Assembly: GCA_021791495.1 (NCBI GenBank)
Contig: JAJYWN010000060.1
Coordinates: 141,591-205,590, forward strand
DNA length: 64,000 nucleotides
Source of the DNA: Bacillota bacterium
GTDB taxonomy: Bacteria > Bacillota > Sulfobacillia > JAJYWN01
Direction of reading: 5' to 3'
The notes under the pieces were generated by a model, which searched no databases, was not told the DNA's origin, and saw nothing but the letters and a program-made list of their open reading frames with translations. The position numbers and the translations under genes are program-made. Positions 61,766 through 64,000 of the stretch are shown here, piece after piece; positions within the stretch are counted from its first letter, which is position 1; each line of letters starts with the position of its first letter.

Positions 61766-63205
61766 ATGACCACCAAGGACCTGACTGCCATCGACCGCGA
61801 CATCATTGCCGAGATCTGGACATCGGAAGAGGCCTATGAAAATCTCGTCTACCTGTGCGATGAGTGCGGCAGCCGCTTTGGCGGCACGGAGGGCGAGCGC
61901 CGGGCCGTGGATTTCATGGCGGCCAAGCTGCGCCAGTACGGGCTGGAGAATGTGCGCCTCGAAGAGGTGGCTTATAACTCGTGGACCCGCGGCACGGCCA
62001 AGCTCGAGGTATTGAGCCCGGTGCGCACCGAACTGCCCTGTATCGCCCTCCCCTACTGCCCGTCGGGCACCGTCGAAGCGGACCTGGCCTTCGTCGGTCA
62101 GGGCCACCCCCAAGACTACGAGGATAAGGCCGAGGCCATCAAAGGCAACATCGCCATGGTCAGCACCAAGCCCCCCGCCTTTATGCGCCGCGGCATGCAC
62201 CGCATGGAGAAATACTTCCGAGCCCTCGAGAAGGGCGCCGTGGGCTTCATCTGGATGCGCGAGGAAGGCGGGCTGCTGCCCGAGACCGGATCGCTCACCT
62301 TCAACGCCGCCGCCCCGACGCTGGGCATCGGTGTATCGAAGGAAGTGGGCGCCACGCTGCTCCGGATGGCGAAGAAAGGCAAGGTCCGCCTCCGCATCAC
62401 CGCCGAGAACACGATCAAACCCGCCGTCTCCTGGAACGTGGTGGGCGACATCCCCGGGCGGGCGGATTCCGCTCATCGCGACAGCGTCCTGGTCTTCGGT
62501 GGCCATTTCGACGGCCACGACATCTCCCAGGGCGCCATGGACGACGGGTCGGGCGCTGTGGTGGCTATGGAGGCGGCGCGTGGGCTGGCGCGCCACAAGG
62601 GGAAACTCGATCGCACCGTGCGCGTCATCTGCTTCCCCCTTGAAGAGATCGGGCTCATCGGCTCCCACTCCTACGTCGACCGACACGCCGGCGCCGGTGA
62701 CGAAATACCGAAGGTGGAGTTCATGCTGAACCTGGACGGGGCCGGGCGGGGCGGCGAGACGGCCATCGTTCTCCAAGGGTGGACCGAATTGCGCGGCCTC
62801 TTCAACGATATCGGCAAGGACATGAAGCAGCCGCTGATCGCAGTCAGCCAGATCAGCCCTTACTCCGACATGTTCCCCTTCGCCCTAGCCGGGGTGCCCT
62901 CCGCCACCATGCAGGCGATAAGCGAGGGCCCACGCACCGGACGCGGGTGGGGCCACACCGCCGCGGACACGCTCGACAAGGTTTCGCCGCGCGGGCTGCA
63001 GATGGACGCCCTAACAGTGGCGCGCGTGTTCCTGCGCCTGGCCACCCTGGAGGCGGGCACGCCGGGTGCGGGGCTGCCCAAGGCGACCTGGAAAGGCACC
63101 TGGCCGGCGGCCCGCAAAGGCCCGGCCGAGTTGAAAGCGCTCCTGGGCGAGCAGGACCTCCTAGACGTGTTAAGGGTGGAGGGCCGGTACCCGTTCAAGG
63201 ATTGA
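61766..63205 (+). CDS. M28-family zinc metallopeptidase (aminopeptidase-like)
   Basis: Metal-ligand blocks VLVFGGHFDGHD, DDGSGAVVAMEAAR and CFPLEEIGLIGSHSYVD are present. Confidence 0.85.
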   Translation: MTTKDLTAIDRDIIAEIWTSEEAYENLVYLCDECGSRFGGTEGERRAVDFMAAKLRQYGLENVRLEEVAYNSWTRGTAKLEVLSPVRTELPCIALPYCPSGTVEADLAFVGQGHPQDYEDKAEAIKGNIAMVSTKPPAFMRRGMHRMEKYFRALEKGAVGFIWMREEGGLLPETGSLTFNAAAPTLGIGVSKEVGATLLRMAKKGKVRLRITAENTIKPAVSWNVVGDIPGRADSAHRDSVLVFGGHFDGHDISQGAMDDGSGAVVAMEAARGLARHKGKLDRTVRVICFPLEEIGLIGSHSYVDRHAGAGDEIPKVEFMLNLDGAGRGGETAIVLQGWTELRGLFNDIGKDMKQPLIAVSQISPYSDMFPFALAGVPSATMQAISEGPRTGRGWGHTAADTLDKVSPRGLQMDALTVARVFLRLATLEAGTPGAGLPKATWKGTWPAARKGPAELKALLGEQDLLDVLRVEGRYPFKD

Positions 63206-63247
63206 CTGTCTGTAACCTCTAGATCGCTGGAGACAATAGATGCCGAG

Positions 63248-63841
63248 GTGATAGCCTTGGGCATCGGCGAAGTCGTCCTGCGGGTCGTCGTCGCCTTCGT
63301 TGTGTTGGCCGTGGTAGCCAGGCTGCAAGGGAACAAAGAAGCTGCCCATATGACCTTTTTCAACTTCGTTGCCGCAGCCACGCTGGCGGCGGTGGCCGGT
63401 GCCCTTTCCGTTCACGAAAACCTTCCTATCGTCACGGGAGCCACGGCCATCGTTGCCTGGGGTGTGCTGCTCGGAGGCGCCACGTATATCACGCTGAAAA
63501 GCCCCCGTTTGCGCCAAGCGCTGGACGGGGAACCTCTGATCATCATTCAGAACGGGAAGATCGTCCGGGAGAACATGGCCAAGAACCGGTACAACATGAG
63601 CGAACTCATGTCCCACCTCCGCGAGCAGGGCGTTTTCAGCCTCAAGGAAGTGGCCTACGCCATACTCGAAACCAACGGCAAGCTCAGCATCCTAAAACAC
63701 CCCGCGTACCAGCAGGTGACCCGGAAGGACCTCGGTCTTGAAGCCAAAGGCCCTTCCGGCAAGCGGGCTCTGGGCCGCGGAGGCGAGATCCTAGAGCCCA
63801 CAGTGAGCGGCAAATCGTCTCCGAAGAAGGTTGAGCGATAG
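63248..63841 (+). CDS. DUF421 (YetF-like) membrane protein
   Basis: The C-terminal block LIIIQNGKIVRENMAKNRYNMSELMSHLREQGVFSLKEVAYAILETNGKLSILK is typical DUF421. N-terminal transmembrane helices are present. Confidence 0.75.
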   Translation: MIALGIGEVVLRVVVAFVVLAVVARLQGNKEAAHMTFFNFVAAATLAAVAGALSVHENLPIVTGATAIVAWGVLLGGATYITLKSPRLRQALDGEPLIIIQNGKIVRENMAKNRYNMSELMSHLREQGVFSLKEVAYAILETNGKLSILKHPAYQQVTRKDLGLEAKGPSGKRALGRGGEILEPTVSGKSSPKKVER

Positions 63842-63844
63842 CGG

Positions 63845-64000
63845 TCACTTGGCCGTCGTGCCGGCGTTGACCTTGGAGACGACCAACAGGCCTTCCTGAC
63901 CCAGCGGTGCCAACTCGACGAAATACCCCTTGCGACCGTCGGTGAAGACCAAGGGCACCGAGGTGGCGCTGGCATTGCCGCCGACGTAAGTGGCCACCGT
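63845..64000 (-). CDS. C-terminal end of an unidentified protein; its start lies outside the window
   Basis: The minus frame is open to the window edge and ends ..VFTDGRKGYFVELAPLGQEGLLVVSKVNAGTTAK at a TGA near 63845. Confidence 0.3.
   Translation of the reverse strand, partial: TVATYVGGNASATSVPLVFTDGRKGYFVELAPLGQEGLLVVSKVNAGTTAK

Noticed and set aside
61724-62776. 350-aa minus-strand ORF antisense to the M28 peptidase
   Set aside because: It is a shadow ORF. The plus-strand gene has conserved metal-ligand motifs.

Overview
This is high-GC (~65-68%) bacterial chromosomal DNA, densely coding on both strands. It carries no rRNA or tRNA, no CRISPR array, and no recognisable transposase or integrase. 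Lipoboxes, GTG/TTG starts with GGAGG-type ribosome-binding sites, an S-box riboswitch and an exosortase-G-like gene point to a high-GC Gram-positive or Firmicutes-like organism; this is inference, not established.

From start to end the window holds:
- 1-1137: the 3' end of a livF-like ABC ATPase gene, then a degraded AAA-ATPase plus DUF4276 remnant (a defence-island-like pair).
- 1357-10135: a beta-lactamase-fold serine hydrolase with low-complexity inserts, a 12-bp x5 intergenic tandem repeat, a degenerate LytM/M23-domain membrane protein, two Gfo/Idh/MocA oxidoreductases, a MATE efflux pump, and gamma-glutamyltransferase.
- 10249-13430: an ABC-2 exporter operon that ends in a DUF134-NifX-His-rich fusion protein and begins with a long leader containing a terminator.
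- 13368-17780: a MerR/GyrI-like regulator with a MerR-type promoter, a membrane GGDEF cyclase translationally coupled to a P-loop protein with an in-frame (HSLx)n repeat, and a saccharopine dehydrogenase.
- 18195-21231: a G-tract block, a decayed APH-type phosphotransferase pseudogene, an arginase-family enzyme, and a PD40/TolB-like lipoprotein.
- 21305-25812: an XRE regulator with a small membrane protein and an 18-bp palindromic operator, followed by two tandem oligoendopeptidase F (M3B) paralogs; a third paralog sits at 58170.
- 25810-33243: two divergent XRE regulators, a P-loop protein, and a redox module consisting of an HD-phosphohydrolase::sugar-phosphate-isomerase TIM-barrel fusion, an HcnABC/opine-oxidase-like FAD/Fe-S oxidase pair, and a HEAT-less QueG-family Fe-S protein.
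- 33228-41536 (minus strand): an RpiR regulator, an amidohydrolase, a BMP-family nucleoside-type ABC transporter, a TIGR04076 protein and a DUF362 protein.
- 41763-44441: a clear SAM-I riboswitch with terminator in front of the sulfide-dependent homocysteine biosynthesis pair (DUF39 plus NIL-ferredoxin) and a UPF0280/ApbE-like gene.
- 44590-58028 (most interesting): a composite cell-envelope glycan locus. It contains a complete decaprenyl-phospho-arabinose-type donor pathway (UbiA-family DPPR synthase, DprE1 with the GGAVANDVHGKNHH signature, and an SDR that is DprE2-like by context), an 864-aa polytopic membrane protein that may be a GT-C glycosyltransferase, a polyprenyl-phosphate-sugar GT2, an ArnE/ArnF-like flippase, a processive QxxRW GT2, an exosortase-family protein, a translationally coupled secreted protein with a C-terminal sorting-signal-like tail, and a 1169-aa membrane protein whose N-terminus has a QueD/6-pyruvoyl-tetrahydropterin-synthase fold.
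- 60002-64000: a TIGR01777 epimerase-family protein, a VapBC toxin-antitoxin pair, an M28 peptidase, a DUF421 protein and a partial ORF at the window edge.

Coordinates derived by hand may be off by 1-3 nt. Start codons of several high-GC genes are uncertain.
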